Under the pieces are notes generated by a model. That model saw only the letters and a program-made list of their open reading frames with translations. It was not told the DNA's origin and did no database searches. Both the position numbers and the translations under genes were made by a program. From an uncultured bacterium (GTDB lineage Bacteria > Patescibacteriota > Minisyncoccia > Phycocordibacterales > GWA1-40-21): a stretch of DNA of 64,000 nucleotides. Shown piece after piece: positions 1-10,029 of this stretch (the stretch's first letter is position 1; the number at the start of each line of letters is the position of its first letter). The stretch is taken from assembly GCA_963804975.1 (NCBI GenBank), contig CAWDSG010000002.1, forward strand, positions 405,015 to 469,014, in the 5' to 3' direction.

Positions 1-246
1 AGGAACATCAATTTTTGCTGAAGAAATGCGATGGCGAATAAGCTCTTCCACTATTTCCGCCCTAGCACTTCCAAATTCGAACTGAGAACGAAAATGAAGC
101 AGTTCTTCAAGTGTTTTTATCGAATAGAGAGTGTCTTTAAATGATCCAATATCACAATCCCTCATAGGAAAGGTTGTGGGGCTTGGTAGTTCCGGAAACG
201 TAAAAACCATTTCAACAAATTCAACTTTCTTCTCTTTTTTAGCCAT
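1..246 (-). CDS. hypothetical protein, N-terminal part (gene runs off the window start)
   Basis: ATG at 246..244 on minus strand preceded by AAGGAGA SD; frame open to position 1 (MAKKEKKVEFVEMVFTFPELPSP...). Absent from ORF track because truncated. Confidence 0.4.
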   Translation of the reverse strand, partial: MAKKEKKVEFVEMVFTFPELPSPTTFPMRDCDIGSFKDTLYSIKTLEELLHFRSQFEFGSARAEIVEELIRHRISSAKIDVP

Positions 247-339
247 AATCTGTCTCCTTAAAATCCAAGTTAAAGAACCATCTTGTTTGTACTTCAAACT
301 GCTGATACAAATTTAACGCAAATTATTAAAATAGTCAAA

Positions 340-945
340 TTAAATAGGAAAACCAATGTAAGCTTTGAGAATTTTCTTGCCGCTGATTGCTAGCGCAATT
401 GATCTCATGGAACCATCGTCAATATCCCCTTTAAGTTTTTTCTTCAAGCCCTTTCTGCCATTTGTGCCTGTGCCGCCTTTAAAAATAATCGGCAGTAAAT
501 ACTTTTCCTTTTGCAAAAGGTGTATATTTGTTTTCAGCATATTGGAAATGCCATATCGTGATCTTTTTTTAAGAAGCTCGGGATTATGATTTAAAGCATA
601 TTTCACTTTTTGTGCTGTTTCAGAAAGTGAACCATTCGTCCATGATAAAGGCAGACTGCCGGCTTTTTTCCAAACCCCGACTTCGCTAATTTTTACTTCT
701 CCTAAATACCATCTGCTATTATTATAGGCAACTAATCTTTTCCTCCATAGGCCCGCTATAATCTTATTTAACTGAGATTCTTTTAATTTAATTGTTTTAA
801 TTTTAACGAGTCGTAATTTTTGTTTAAAAATCTTTTCTGGAACAAAATTCAGATGTTTCCTCCTATTTTTCTTTGTACCGATAAAATCGGAAATTACATA
901 GGCGCGTTTTACTTCAATTATTCTTACTGGTTTGAGAATTTTCAT
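340..945 (-). CDS. hypothetical basic protein (201 aa)
   Basis: ORF track. Start abuts stop of upstream GH130 gene, suggesting translational coupling. No motif I can name with confidence. Confidence 0.45.
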   Translation of the reverse strand: MKILKPVRIIEVKRAYVISDFIGTKKNRRKHLNFVPEKIFKQKLRLVKIKTIKLKESQLNKIIAGLWRKRLVAYNNSRWYLGEVKISEVGVWKKAGSLPLSWTNGSLSETAQKVKYALNHNPELLKKRSRYGISNMLKTNIHLLQKEKYLLPIIFKGGTGTNGRKGLKKKLKGDIDDGSMRSIALAISGKKILKAYIGFPI

Positions 946-948
946 ATA

Positions 949-2868
949 TTACAGCAAAGAATCCAACAATTTTTTTATCGGCACGGTTGCAACACATACG
1001 ACATCATCAGCTCCGCCATAATAAATGAACAGTGTGTCACCTCGCAAAACCGTACCGCATGGAAAAACAACTCCTGATGTTACGCCTACTTTTTCATACG
1101 GCATTTCCGGATCAAAAATCGGAGGGCTTGTTCTAGCAAGCACATTTCTTGGATTTTTCAAATCAAGCAAAGCGAGACCGATGCGATAAGTGTGATGGTT
1201 TGAAGAGACGCCATGATACAAAAGCAGCCAGCCCTTTTTTGTTTTTATCGGAGGAGCGGTGATTCCGACCTTGTCACTGTCCCAATTCCCAGGCCTTGGC
1301 AGCATGATCGGCGTGCCGCGCGTAAGCAAGAGATTGGAAAAATCAAATGAACTGAATTTATCGGCGCAGATATCCGAATTTATCCGATGGAGAATCATAT
1401 AGTCATCCCCCACTTTTTCAGGAAATATGCATGCATCCTTGTCATCCACGCCATATGGCGAAATCAAAAACGGTTTTGTCCAATTCCATAGTTTATTCAA
1501 AAAATCATTCAAATATATGGAGGTAAGCGCCACACGAGGAGGATTTACTCCGTCATACGCCGTATAACACATATAAATTGTGTTCCCAATGAGCGTCAAC
1601 CGAGGATCCTCGCAACCGGAATTTCCGGGACGGTTTTTCATTTCAAACGGCTCTCGCGGAACATATATCGGTTTTTCACTTCTATTTTTGATCGTAAATC
1701 CATCATCACTTTCGGCATACCCGATAGTTGAAGTGCTGTCATTTGACATCGCCCGATAAAGAATACAGGTTGTATTCTCGATTTGAATTGCTGCAGGATT
1801 GAAAACGCCGTTCTTTTCCCAATCATATCCTTTTCTTGACATAAGGATCGGATTTTTGTCATATCTTGTAATAAAGGTATTCAAAGCATCCGGTTTCAAA
1901 GAAAACAGAAGATTATCCAAATTTACCGTTGCTTTGCAGCATACTGTATCAGCAGCGCCATAAAAAATTTCCAGATTATCTTTGTTTAAAAGAGCACCGG
2001 AAGGAAACACGACGTCCGACACTTGTCCGTATTTTTCATAAATTTCAGTCGGCGCAAACATAGGCCCTTTAGTTTTTCCGATAATTTTCTTTGGATTATT
2101 CGGATCCAAAAGCAATGTCTCCACTCCAAAAACCTTCACAAAAGGATTATTTTCCTTGAAATAGTTTTCAATATGTCCGTAAACGAGAAGCCATCCGTCT
2201 TTTGTTTTTACCGGAGGCGCGCCGACTTCAACCTGGTCCGCAGACGATCTGCGCGGATCAATCGTATGAGAATCGATTTCCGAATACCATTTTTTCCAGA
2301 ATTTTTCGCTATACATATCTTCGATTGCATCAAATTCTGCAATGCAGATTTTTGCCGGTGTCGGAGGAATATCCGTGTCAACTGATAAAATCGCAACTAT
2401 TTTACCATTGATTCTTTCCGGAAAAAGCGCCATTGCTTTGGAATTAAACGGTGTGATCAGACGCTTGCTTTCGATTTTTTGAAAATCTTTTGTAGTGGCA
2501 ACCGCAATTTTTATTCCGCTTGCGGAAAATGGATATGTTGAAAGCGCTGTATAAAAGATATAATATTTTCCTTCAAATTTTGTGACTCTTGGATCCTCGC
2601 AGCCATATCTTTCCCAGTCATATTCGGGGAATATCAGTTGCTTTCTGTCATGAAAATCAATGCCGTTTTTACTGTATGCATAGCCGATTGAGGAGATGCT
2701 TATATTTGCCCCATAATAATTTTCGGTTGAAGACATTGCCCTGTAAACATAATGCGTTGTCTCGCCATCTTTCACCGGACACCAGTTAAATACGGCTTTT
2801 TCCTCCCAAGGTTCATTGGTATTCGGATAAAGAATAGGATTATATAAAGATCTTTTTACAATAAACAT
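949..2868 (-). CDS. GH130-family glycoside hydrolase/phosphorylase with two tandem GH130 domains (beta-mannoside phosphorylase-like)
   Basis: Two repeats of the GH130 signature (NPIL..EPWE..VFNWCPV..YRAMS..IGYA and YDKNPILMSRKGYDWEKNGVFNPAAIQIENTTCILYRAMS). 639 aa. Confidence 0.8.
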   Translation of the reverse strand: MFIVKRSLYNPILYPNTNEPWEEKAVFNWCPVKDGETTHYVYRAMSSTENYYGANISISSIGYAYSKNGIDFHDRKQLIFPEYDWERYGCEDPRVTKFEGKYYIFYTALSTYPFSASGIKIAVATTKDFQKIESKRLITPFNSKAMALFPERINGKIVAILSVDTDIPPTPAKICIAEFDAIEDMYSEKFWKKWYSEIDSHTIDPRRSSADQVEVGAPPVKTKDGWLLVYGHIENYFKENNPFVKVFGVETLLLDPNNPKKIIGKTKGPMFAPTEIYEKYGQVSDVVFPSGALLNKDNLEIFYGAADTVCCKATVNLDNLLFSLKPDALNTFITRYDKNPILMSRKGYDWEKNGVFNPAAIQIENTTCILYRAMSNDSTSTIGYAESDDGFTIKNRSEKPIYVPREPFEMKNRPGNSGCEDPRLTLIGNTIYMCYTAYDGVNPPRVALTSIYLNDFLNKLWNWTKPFLISPYGVDDKDACIFPEKVGDDYMILHRINSDICADKFSSFDFSNLLLTRGTPIMLPRPGNWDSDKVGITAPPIKTKKGWLLLYHGVSSNHHTYRIGLALLDLKNPRNVLARTSPPIFDPEMPYEKVGVTSGVVFPCGTVLRGDTLFIYYGGADDVVCVATVPIKKLLDSLL

Positions 2869-4755
2869 TTAAGAAATAATTACTTTATTAATAGTCGGAA
2901 CTACTGCCATATCGTTTTTCAAACTCTCAAGAAGAATATTGAGCGGAACAGTTGCAACACAGACATACTTGTCTCCTCCGCCATAATAAATGAATAATTT
3001 TTCATTTTTTACCACAGCTCCGCAAGCATATACTATTCCCGGTTTCCAATCGTTTTCATACCACATATCGGGAGTAAGGATCGGAATGGACAATCTGGCT
3101 ATAATTTTTGTCGGATCATTCAAATCCAGAAGTATTGCGCCGATTTTGTATCTGCCTATTTCCGCGTCGTGAGCATGATAAAGAACAAGCCAGCCGTCTT
3201 TTGTTTTTACCGGAGCTGGACCGATGCTTCTCATACGGATATGCCATGCTATCTGCTTATTTGGCATAGCTTGAGGATCAGGACTTTCAAAATCAACATT
3301 TTCGGTATTCAAAGAATCAATATTTTCAACATATTCAATTAGAACATGGTCCGCTTCATCGGCGTGAAGATTATGAAGAATCGCGTACTTGCCGTTTATT
3401 TTTTCCGGAAACAAAACCCAGTTTTTGTGCCTTCCGATCGGCGAAATAAATTTCATCTCGCTCCATTTCCACACTTTATTGAGAAAATCCTGAACGGATA
3501 TGGAAATCATTCCGACTCTGATATTATCCCAATTATCAAAAGCATTGAATGTTACATAAATCCTATCATCGATCCTGACCATCCGCTGATCTTCGCATCC
3601 GCCCCAGCTTCCGCCGGAAGGATACATCACAGGATCAAATCTTTTTTCCACCGGCCGCAAGCCGAATTTTGAATATTCCAAAGCAAATACGGGATTCGGA
3701 TATATTTCATCAATATGTATTCCGTCCTTTGTTTTTGCATAGCCGATTCTTGAGATGCCGTCTTTTCCCATCGCCCTGAAAAGCAGATGTATTGTTCCGT
3801 CAATATTAACCGCTGTCGGGTTAAGCGTAGCAGCAGAGCTCCACCAGGATTCCGGTTTTGGCCCGATAATCGGATTATTTTTGTTTTTTTTGATTTTATC
3901 GAACGGTTTTAAAATAGATGGCCGGCTGAAAGGTATAAGCATTGAGGAAGAAATGGTGCCTTCTTTTTGCGAATGCCAATATATGGAAACCGTATCGCCA
4001 AAAAACAAGACGCCGATACATTTAAGATCAGATTCATATTTGATTTTCTTTTCAAAAATAGGGAAATCCGACCTCCAGATGACTTTTTTCGGATCAAGCG
4101 GCGAAATCAGCGCAGCGCCAATCTGCAATTTAATATGCTGATCAGCTCTGACGGAAGCGTCATAAAAAACCAAAATTCCTTTTTCGCAAGGTTTTGATGC
4201 AACGAATTTCAAATTGCCATTGTCAAAAAATCCAGGCCTTGATTTCAATATCGGTTCTTTTGCTTTTCCCCATTTTTTCAAATCTCCCGAAAATGCCAGA
4301 TTAATTGACGATTCCCCGTAATATAAAGCGTATTTGCCGCCGGAAAGCTCGGAAACTATTCCTCCTCTTTCCTTTATAGAAAGGTTATCGCTTATAACAG
4401 ACCATTTATTTACACCTCTTGAAATCGCAATAATAAGTTTTTTTGTCTTACCGGTTTTATAAGTAAAAGCAATGAGTTCTTTTTTCCCTATTTTAGATGA
4501 AACAATACTGTCTATTTTTTCCAATTTTATATTTTTCCCTGTTCCGGAATCAATAGTTATATTCTTCCTGATTTTTGAAAAAACAATGGATGATTTCCCT
4601 TTATTTGAAATTAAGAATATTTTTTTCGGATTTTCTTCAGATCTGCAAAAAATGAAGGATTTTTTATCACTGTTCAAAAAACCTACGGGATAAATCTTTT
4701 CTTCTTTTATGGTTTTTTTAATCATTTTAAAATATAAAAAACACAAAAAATGCAC
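2869..4755 (-). CDS. GH130-family glycoside hydrolase/phosphorylase (paralog)
   Basis: NPIIGPKPESWWSSAATLNPTAVNIDGTIHLLFRAMGKDGISRIGYAKTKDG and GCEDQRMVRIDDRIYVTF motifs typical of GH130. Directly adjacent to the first GH130 gene. Confidence 0.75.
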   Translation of the reverse strand: MHFLCFLYFKMIKKTIKEEKIYPVGFLNSDKKSFIFCRSEENPKKIFLISNKGKSSIVFSKIRKNITIDSGTGKNIKLEKIDSIVSSKIGKKELIAFTYKTGKTKKLIIAISRGVNKWSVISDNLSIKERGGIVSELSGGKYALYYGESSINLAFSGDLKKWGKAKEPILKSRPGFFDNGNLKFVASKPCEKGILVFYDASVRADQHIKLQIGAALISPLDPKKVIWRSDFPIFEKKIKYESDLKCIGVLFFGDTVSIYWHSQKEGTISSSMLIPFSRPSILKPFDKIKKNKNNPIIGPKPESWWSSAATLNPTAVNIDGTIHLLFRAMGKDGISRIGYAKTKDGIHIDEIYPNPVFALEYSKFGLRPVEKRFDPVMYPSGGSWGGCEDQRMVRIDDRIYVTFNAFDNWDNIRVGMISISVQDFLNKVWKWSEMKFISPIGRHKNWVLFPEKINGKYAILHNLHADEADHVLIEYVENIDSLNTENVDFESPDPQAMPNKQIAWHIRMRSIGPAPVKTKDGWLVLYHAHDAEIGRYKIGAILLDLNDPTKIIARLSIPILTPDMWYENDWKPGIVYACGAVVKNEKLFIYYGGGDKYVCVATVPLNILLESLKNDMAVVPTINKVIIS

Positions 4756-4854
4756 TAAGAACTTTAAGCTGTCAATATTATATTATCTTTAAAAATATCT
4801 TGCAATATCAGCATTAATTGGTATTTTAGGATAAAAATATATATAATAAGCAGG

Positions 4855-5610
4855 ATGACAAAAAAAGTAATTGTTTTTGATTTGGATGGGACTCTTGCCG
4901 AAAGCAAACAAAATTTGGACAGTGAAATGTCTGCTCTTCTTTACGATCTTTTATACGTTAAAATGGTCGGAATAGTTTCCGGCGGAGGAATGGCACAATT
5001 TCAAAAGCAAGTTATAGACAAACTGCCGCGAGATAACGAAAGATTGAAAAATCTCATTATTTTCCCGACGAAAGGCGCAATGATGTACAAATTTGACGGA
5101 GAAAAATGGAATAAAGTGTATGAAGAAAAATTAAATCCGACGGACAAGAAAAAAATAATAAGCGCTGTTGAAAAAGCAAAAAAAGAAGTTGATTTCCTGC
5201 CGCAAAAAACTTATGGGGATGCTCTGGAAGACAGAGAAACCGAATTTACTTTTTCTGCTTTGGGGCAAGATGCGCCGCTTGAACTGAAGAGAAATTGGGA
5301 TAAGGACGTAGTAAAACGGCAAAAATTAAAAACATTGATTAAGGATTATTTGCCGGAATTTGAAGTGGAAATAGGAGGAAGCACTTCAATAGATATCACA
5401 AAAAAAGGCATAGATAAGGCCTTTGCAATCAGGCAGATTTGCAAATATGAAAATATTGCAATTGACGAGATATTATTCGTTGGAGACGCTTTATTTATCG
5501 GCGGAAACGACAGCTCAGTCAAGAAAACAGGCGTGGACACTATTGCAGTCAAAGATTATAATGAAACAAAAGAAATTATAAAAAATATAATTGAAGGAAA
5601 AATACAATGA
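4855..5610 (+). CDS. phosphomannomutase, eukaryotic-type (HAD-IIB, PMM family)
   Basis: FDLDGTL DxDxT motif, LYVKMVGIVSGGG, C-terminal FVGDALFIGGNDSSV. Matches PMM (PF03332-like) architecture. TATAAT-like box about 12 nt upstream. Confidence 0.7.
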   Translation: MTKKVIVFDLDGTLAESKQNLDSEMSALLYDLLYVKMVGIVSGGGMAQFQKQVIDKLPRDNERLKNLIIFPTKGAMMYKFDGEKWNKVYEEKLNPTDKKKIISAVEKAKKEVDFLPQKTYGDALEDRETEFTFSALGQDAPLELKRNWDKDVVKRQKLKTLIKDYLPEFEVEIGGSTSIDITKKGIDKAFAIRQICKYENIAIDEILFVGDALFIGGNDSSVKKTGVDTIAVKDYNETKEIIKNIIEGKIQ

Positions 5611-5954
5611 AAATCAAATTAGACATGCGGCCGTGGGGAAAAGAAGAATGGTTCATCGCAAAAGAACCGATACGAATGGTAAAAATTCTTACTTTCAAAC
5701 CGAATCAGGAGTGCAGCTTGCAATATCATTATCACAGAAAGGAATTTTGGAGAATTCTGGAAGGCAGTGCAATAGTAACGATCGGAAAGAAAAAAATCAG
5801 AGCGAAAGTCGGCGACAATTTTGAAATCAAGAAAAAACAGATACATAGGATGCAAGGACTTTCAAAAGGAGCTAAAATCCTGGAAATCCATTTCGGAAAA
5901 TTTGACGAAAACGATATCGTGCGGCTGGAAGACGATTACGGCAGAGTGAAATAA
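5607..5954 (+). CDS. cupin-type mannose-6-phosphate isomerase (type II PMI cupin domain)
   Basis: RPWGKEEWF...KILTFKPNQECSLQYHYHRKEFWRILEGSA...VGDNFEIKKKQIHRM is the classic PMI/GMP cupin signature. ATGA overlap with the phosphomannomutase stop. Confidence 0.65.
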   Translation: MKIKLDMRPWGKEEWFIAKEPIRMVKILTFKPNQECSLQYHYHRKEFWRILEGSAIVTIGKKKIRAKVGDNFEIKKKQIHRMQGLSKGAKILEIHFGKFDENDIVRLEDDYGRVK

Positions 5955-5965
5955 AAAAATAAGCG

Positions 5966-6068
5966 AGCAAAACATTTCGTTTTAAAAAGCCTAGCGAACG
6001 CGTCGGCGCGAGCTCGAGGAATTTTTCAGCAGAAAAATATCCGTGCTTTTTAAACGAAATGTTTTGCT
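5966..6068. repeat. hairpin-embedded element, variant copy 1 (subfamily B): 24-bp IR AGCAAAACATTTCGTTTTAAAAAGC around core CTAGCGAACGCGTCGGCGCGAGCTCGAGGAATTTTTCAGCAGAAAAATATCCGT
   Basis: Between the convergent PMI-cupin and ackA genes. Shares GAACG..CGAGGAAATTTTT with the subfamily A cores. Confidence 0.55.
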
Positions 6069-6074
6069 AGCGAT

Positions 6075-7253
6075 TTATTTAAATTTTCTCACTCGTTCAG
6101 CCATATCGGACATTTCATCCGTACAAACGACAAAAACTTTGACCGGAGAAAAAGCCGAATTTATTTTTTTATCTATACCGACAGTATTGTTATTTACTTT
6201 TTTATTGATTTTTATTCCCAAGGGTTCAAGACCTTTGCAAATCCTTTCCCTTATGACAAATGACCTTTCCCCTATCGTTCCGGAAAATACCAAAGTATCC
6301 AATCCGCCCATTTCCGCCGCATACGAACCGATATATTTCTTGATGCTCAAGATAAATTTCTGCATCGCAAGTTTGGCGTCTTTATCGCCATTCTTTTCAA
6401 GTTCCAAAAGATCCCTGACATCAGAGCTTTTGCCGGAAAGTCCGAGGAGCCCGCACTCGTTGTTAAAATAAGCTTCAAGCTCTGTCGTATTTTTGTTTAA
6501 TTTTTGCCCAAGATACATTACAGCGACAGGATCAATATCGCCCACGCGTGTGGACATTATAAGCCCCTGAAGCGGAGTATAGCCCATAGAAGTATCAAAA
6601 CTTTTTCCATTCTTAACGGCAATCACACTCAAGCCGCCTCCAAGATGACAAATTATCAATTTTTCAGGGAGATTGCCTTTGGCAGACAGTTTATTTACGA
6701 TTGAACCTGCGGAAATGCCGTGATATCCAAAATGAAATATATCCAAATTTTCAGAAACTTTTTTCGGTATAGCATAATATTTAATAAAATCCGGAACATC
6801 TTTATGAAACGCGCTGTCCGAAATTCCCACAATCGGCGTATTTGAAAATATTTTCCTGATTTCGGTTATTTCTTTCAATGTTCCCGGAACATGGCGCGGA
6901 GCTTCTTCTTTTTCGTCCGTTATTTTTGAAATGAATGATTGGTCAACAATTCTATCCGATTGAAAATAAGTTCCCGGAGCCACAACTCTAATTCCAATTG
7001 ATGAAATATCATCTTTGCTTGCAATAATTTTCATATCAGTCGCTTTTTTTATGAAATACTCCAGTGAATCATTAAAGATCTCCGTTGTAATATTTTGTGT
7101 TGCATCTTTCCCTTTTCTGCCGGTATCAAAAAAACTGACAATCGGCTTATTCGCTTCAATTTCAAAATGACCAAAAAATAATTCCTCCTTTTCATTATAG
7201 ATGGAATATTTCGCCGACACGCTCCCCGTATTTACAATTAAGTATTTTTTCAT
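6075..7253 (-). CDS. ackA: acetate kinase
   Basis: MKKYLIVNTGSVSAKYSIY N-terminus and ICHLGGGLSVIAV...MGYTPLQGLIMSTRVGDIDP motifs of the acetate/propionate kinase family. Confidence 0.85.
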   Translation of the reverse strand: MKKYLIVNTGSVSAKYSIYNEKEELFFGHFEIEANKPIVSFFDTGRKGKDATQNITTEIFNDSLEYFIKKATDMKIIASKDDISSIGIRVVAPGTYFQSDRIVDQSFISKITDEKEEAPRHVPGTLKEITEIRKIFSNTPIVGISDSAFHKDVPDFIKYYAIPKKVSENLDIFHFGYHGISAGSIVNKLSAKGNLPEKLIICHLGGGLSVIAVKNGKSFDTSMGYTPLQGLIMSTRVGDIDPVAVMYLGQKLNKNTTELEAYFNNECGLLGLSGKSSDVRDLLELEKNGDKDAKLAMQKFILSIKKYIGSYAAEMGGLDTLVFSGTIGERSFVIRERICKGLEPLGIKINKKVNNNTVGIDKKINSAFSPVKVFVVCTDEMSDMAERVRKFK

Positions 7254-7258
7254 AATGA

Positions 7259-7525
7259 TTATTTCTTATTTGAAATACGCATCTTTTCCCTAAATTCTTG
7301 CTCTTTTTTTATTCTTTCCGCATCTTTATCAATTTCTTCTAATGATTTAATTGCATTTTCTTTGTGTTCTGAACAATAAAATGATCCTTCAATATAACAT
7401 TTAGCTTCAGAAAAACAGCTATCGTTATCGCATTGTGTCAATACATCTTTAACTGGTTCAATTATATAACCTTTTTCGCGAAGTTTTTCCTCCACACTTT
7501 TTTCAATTTTAGGTTCGGTTTCCAT
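7259..7525 (-). CDS. hypothetical small Cys-containing protein (88 aa)
   Basis: ORF track. Sits between xfp and ackA in the same orientation. Confidence 0.4.
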   Translation of the reverse strand: METEPKIEKSVEEKLREKGYIIEPVKDVLTQCDNDSCFSEAKCYIEGSFYCSEHKENAIKSLEEIDKDAERIKKEQEFREKMRISNKK

Positions 7526-7528
7526 ATT

Positions 7529-9928
7529 TTATTTCTTACCTTGCCACTTCCAATTCAAAATCTCTTCCGGATCGTCCCCCACTTTCAAAATATATTCTTT
7601 GTGCTCTTTGATTTTATTTTGATATTTTTCAATCAATTTTTTGGCTTTTTCTTTTTCAATTACTCCATTCTTTGCCATTTTTTCCACCGCTTCGATGAAC
7701 AGATTATATCTGTCCGCTTTATTCCTCATCAGAATATCAAGCGGAGTTGTGGTAGAGCCGCTTTCCATATAGCCATGCACCGAAAACCTGTCCAAGCTGT
7801 TCACATAATAAAACAAAATCTGCTGAAGAGTTTCCGGATATCCGTGAAAATTGAAAATAGCCGGCTTGTCCTTCGTAAAATATTTTTCAAATTCTCCTTC
7901 AGGAAGCTTATTGTAATGGCTGACCGTATTCGGAGAAATTTCCAGGATATTCACGAATCGTACTTTCACTTCAAGGGCTTCCTCTTTCAGTAATTGAACT
8001 GCCGCAAGAGCTTCTTTCACTAAGTACTGTCCGCAGCCGCATAAAACAACATCGGGATTTTCATCAGACGCAAAATCCCATATTGAAATTCCTTTCTCCA
8101 CTTCTTTTTTTGCCTGCTCAACAGTAAGCCATACCGGCTCAACACTCTTTTCGGAAACAATGACATTTATTTCATTTTTTGAAGACAAACATTTTTCGGC
8201 AATCAGAACAGCTTCGTTTTCGTCCGCAGGAAAATATACATTTATAAAATCGTGTTTTTTCAGCAATATATCCGCAATGAATCCGGGATTCTGATGTGAA
8301 AAACCGTTGTGCTCCTGCCGCCAACCGGTTGAAGAAATAATATAATTCAAAGACGGAATATCACCCCGCCATTTTGTCTCTCTCGCAATTTTCATAAATT
8401 TGCTGAATTGATCCGCCATGCTCGCTACGATCATAATAAACGACTCATACGAAGGAAAAACTGCAAACCTGCCCGAGAGCGCGTATCCTTGAGCGAGGCC
8501 TTGCAGGGAATTTTCCGAGAGTATTTCTATAACTCTGCCATCGCGAGCAAGGTCTATGTCCCACTCTTCTATTTTTCCGACAAAAGCACGGGGAGTGGCA
8601 TCAAAAATGTAATGCAGGCGATTTGAATAAGTTTCATCAGGAGAAAACATTCTGAAATTTCTTTTTTCTTTGTTTAATCGAACAACTTCGGCAAAATATT
8701 CGCCAATTTTTTGCATTGCGCCAACTGAGGTTTCGCCCGGAGCTTTTATTTTTGTTTCAAATTTTGAAATATCCGGCAAAATTAAATCCCGCGAATTATC
8801 TCCTTTTTTTATCCCGAATGCATGCTGATTGTCGCCCATTCTCAAACCTTCTTTAGGAATATTTTCTTCAATATCTTTTGAAAAACCGGTTTGTTGATTA
8901 AATAATTCATCAAATTTATAAGATTTCATCCATTTTTCCAGCGCTTTCAGCTCTTTTTTGTCCGTTTTCATTTCCCTGCCGACGATTTGATGAGAAAAAC
9001 AATTCCCCTCTACTTTCGCGTCAAATGCCTTGCCTCGTCCCTCAAGCGCCCAACTATTCAAATATTTGATGCCTGTCCAACCCTTCGGAGTTTTTAAAAC
9101 AATCATCGGGAATCTGTAATAATCTTCTCTCGGTTTGTCAGGATTTTCTCTTGCTTCCTTTTGAATCGCTCTGATGGACGCATAAGCAATGTCCAAAGCT
9201 TTAACCATTTTTTCATAAACTTTATCGTTGTGCCCTTCCACGATTATCGGCTTATATCCGTAACCTTTGAATAAAGATTTCAAATCCGAATTATTCATTC
9301 GGCCGAAAATTGTCGGTCCGGAAATTTTATATCCGTTCAAATGAAGTATCGGCAATACCGCGCCATTTTTTGCCGGGTCAATGAATTTATACAAATGCCA
9401 CGCGGTTGCCGCAGAAGCAGTTTCTGCTTCACCGTCGCCGACAAGACAGGCCACAATAAGGTCTGGATTGTCCAAAACTGCCCCGTAGGAAGTAGAAAGT
9501 GAGTATCCTAGTTCTCCACCCTCCAAGATAACTCCGGGCGTCGCTGGGCTTGAATGGCTTGGAAAACCGTAAGGCCAGCTGAAATTTTTTGTAATATAAG
9601 CAATGCCGTTTTCATCTTTTTTCGCTTCAGGATAATATTTTCCCAAAGTGCCTTCTAGAAAAACATTTGATTGGATTGCTGGAAAGCCATGACCGGGACC
9701 GAGCACGAACATCATATTGGCGCCTGTTTTGTTTATAAGATTATTCAGGCAAGCATATGTAAAATTGATTCCCGGACAAGTACCCCAGTGGCCGAGAAGC
9801 CGCGTTTTTATATCGTCAAAAGTAAGCTTATCATTTAATAAAAAATTGGATTGCAAATATATCTGCCCGACAGAAAGATAATTCGTTGCACGAACATATT
9901 TCTTGATTCGTTCGATTTCGTCTGACAT
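7529..9928 (-). CDS. xfp: xylulose-5-phosphate/fructose-6-phosphate phosphoketolase
   Basis: 799 aa. ATNYLSVGQIYL...LLGHWGTCPGINF N-terminal signature of XFP phosphoketolases. Confidence 0.9.
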   Translation of the reverse strand: MSDEIERIKKYVRATNYLSVGQIYLQSNFLLNDKLTFDDIKTRLLGHWGTCPGINFTYACLNNLINKTGANMMFVLGPGHGFPAIQSNVFLEGTLGKYYPEAKKDENGIAYITKNFSWPYGFPSHSSPATPGVILEGGELGYSLSTSYGAVLDNPDLIVACLVGDGEAETASAATAWHLYKFIDPAKNGAVLPILHLNGYKISGPTIFGRMNNSDLKSLFKGYGYKPIIVEGHNDKVYEKMVKALDIAYASIRAIQKEARENPDKPREDYYRFPMIVLKTPKGWTGIKYLNSWALEGRGKAFDAKVEGNCFSHQIVGREMKTDKKELKALEKWMKSYKFDELFNQQTGFSKDIEENIPKEGLRMGDNQHAFGIKKGDNSRDLILPDISKFETKIKAPGETSVGAMQKIGEYFAEVVRLNKEKRNFRMFSPDETYSNRLHYIFDATPRAFVGKIEEWDIDLARDGRVIEILSENSLQGLAQGYALSGRFAVFPSYESFIMIVASMADQFSKFMKIARETKWRGDIPSLNYIISSTGWRQEHNGFSHQNPGFIADILLKKHDFINVYFPADENEAVLIAEKCLSSKNEINVIVSEKSVEPVWLTVEQAKKEVEKGISIWDFASDENPDVVLCGCGQYLVKEALAAVQLLKEEALEVKVRFVNILEISPNTVSHYNKLPEGEFEKYFTKDKPAIFNFHGYPETLQQILFYYVNSLDRFSVHGYMESGSTTTPLDILMRNKADRYNLFIEAVEKMAKNGVIEKEKAKKLIEKYQNKIKEHKEYILKVGDDPEEILNWKWQGKK

Positions 9929-9939
9929 AGGGAAATTAT

Positions 9940-9970
9940 ATCAAGCTTTTTATAAATAAAAAAGCTTGAT
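9940..9970. promoter_or_regulatory. perfect 12-bp inverted repeat (ATCAAGCTTTTT-N6-AAAAAGCTTGAT) in the divergent xfp/typA promoter region; candidate operator
   Basis: Seen directly. Lies between two divergently transcribed genes, so it is not a terminator. Confidence 0.35.
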
Positions 9971-10029
9971 TTGATTTTAAATAAAAAAAATGTTTTAATA
10001 AGAATAGCGCGAGAGCGCTTTATTTCATT

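Noticed and set aside
131-316. 61-aa plus-strand ORF at the window start
   Set aside because: Overlaps antisense with the better-supported minus-strand gene 1..246, which has an SD and a clean N-terminus.
340-945. WYL-domain or homing-endonuclease call for this 201-aa protein
   Set aside because: The literal tripeptide WYL and a basic character are not enough. No HNH, GIY-YIG or LAGLIDADG motif could be found. Left as hypothetical.
7433-7993. 186-aa plus-strand ORF from the six-frame track
   Set aside because: Lies antisense inside the phosphoketolase gene, with a low-complexity F/I-rich translation. Spurious, as are other antisense ORFs within leuS, mreB, priA and topA.
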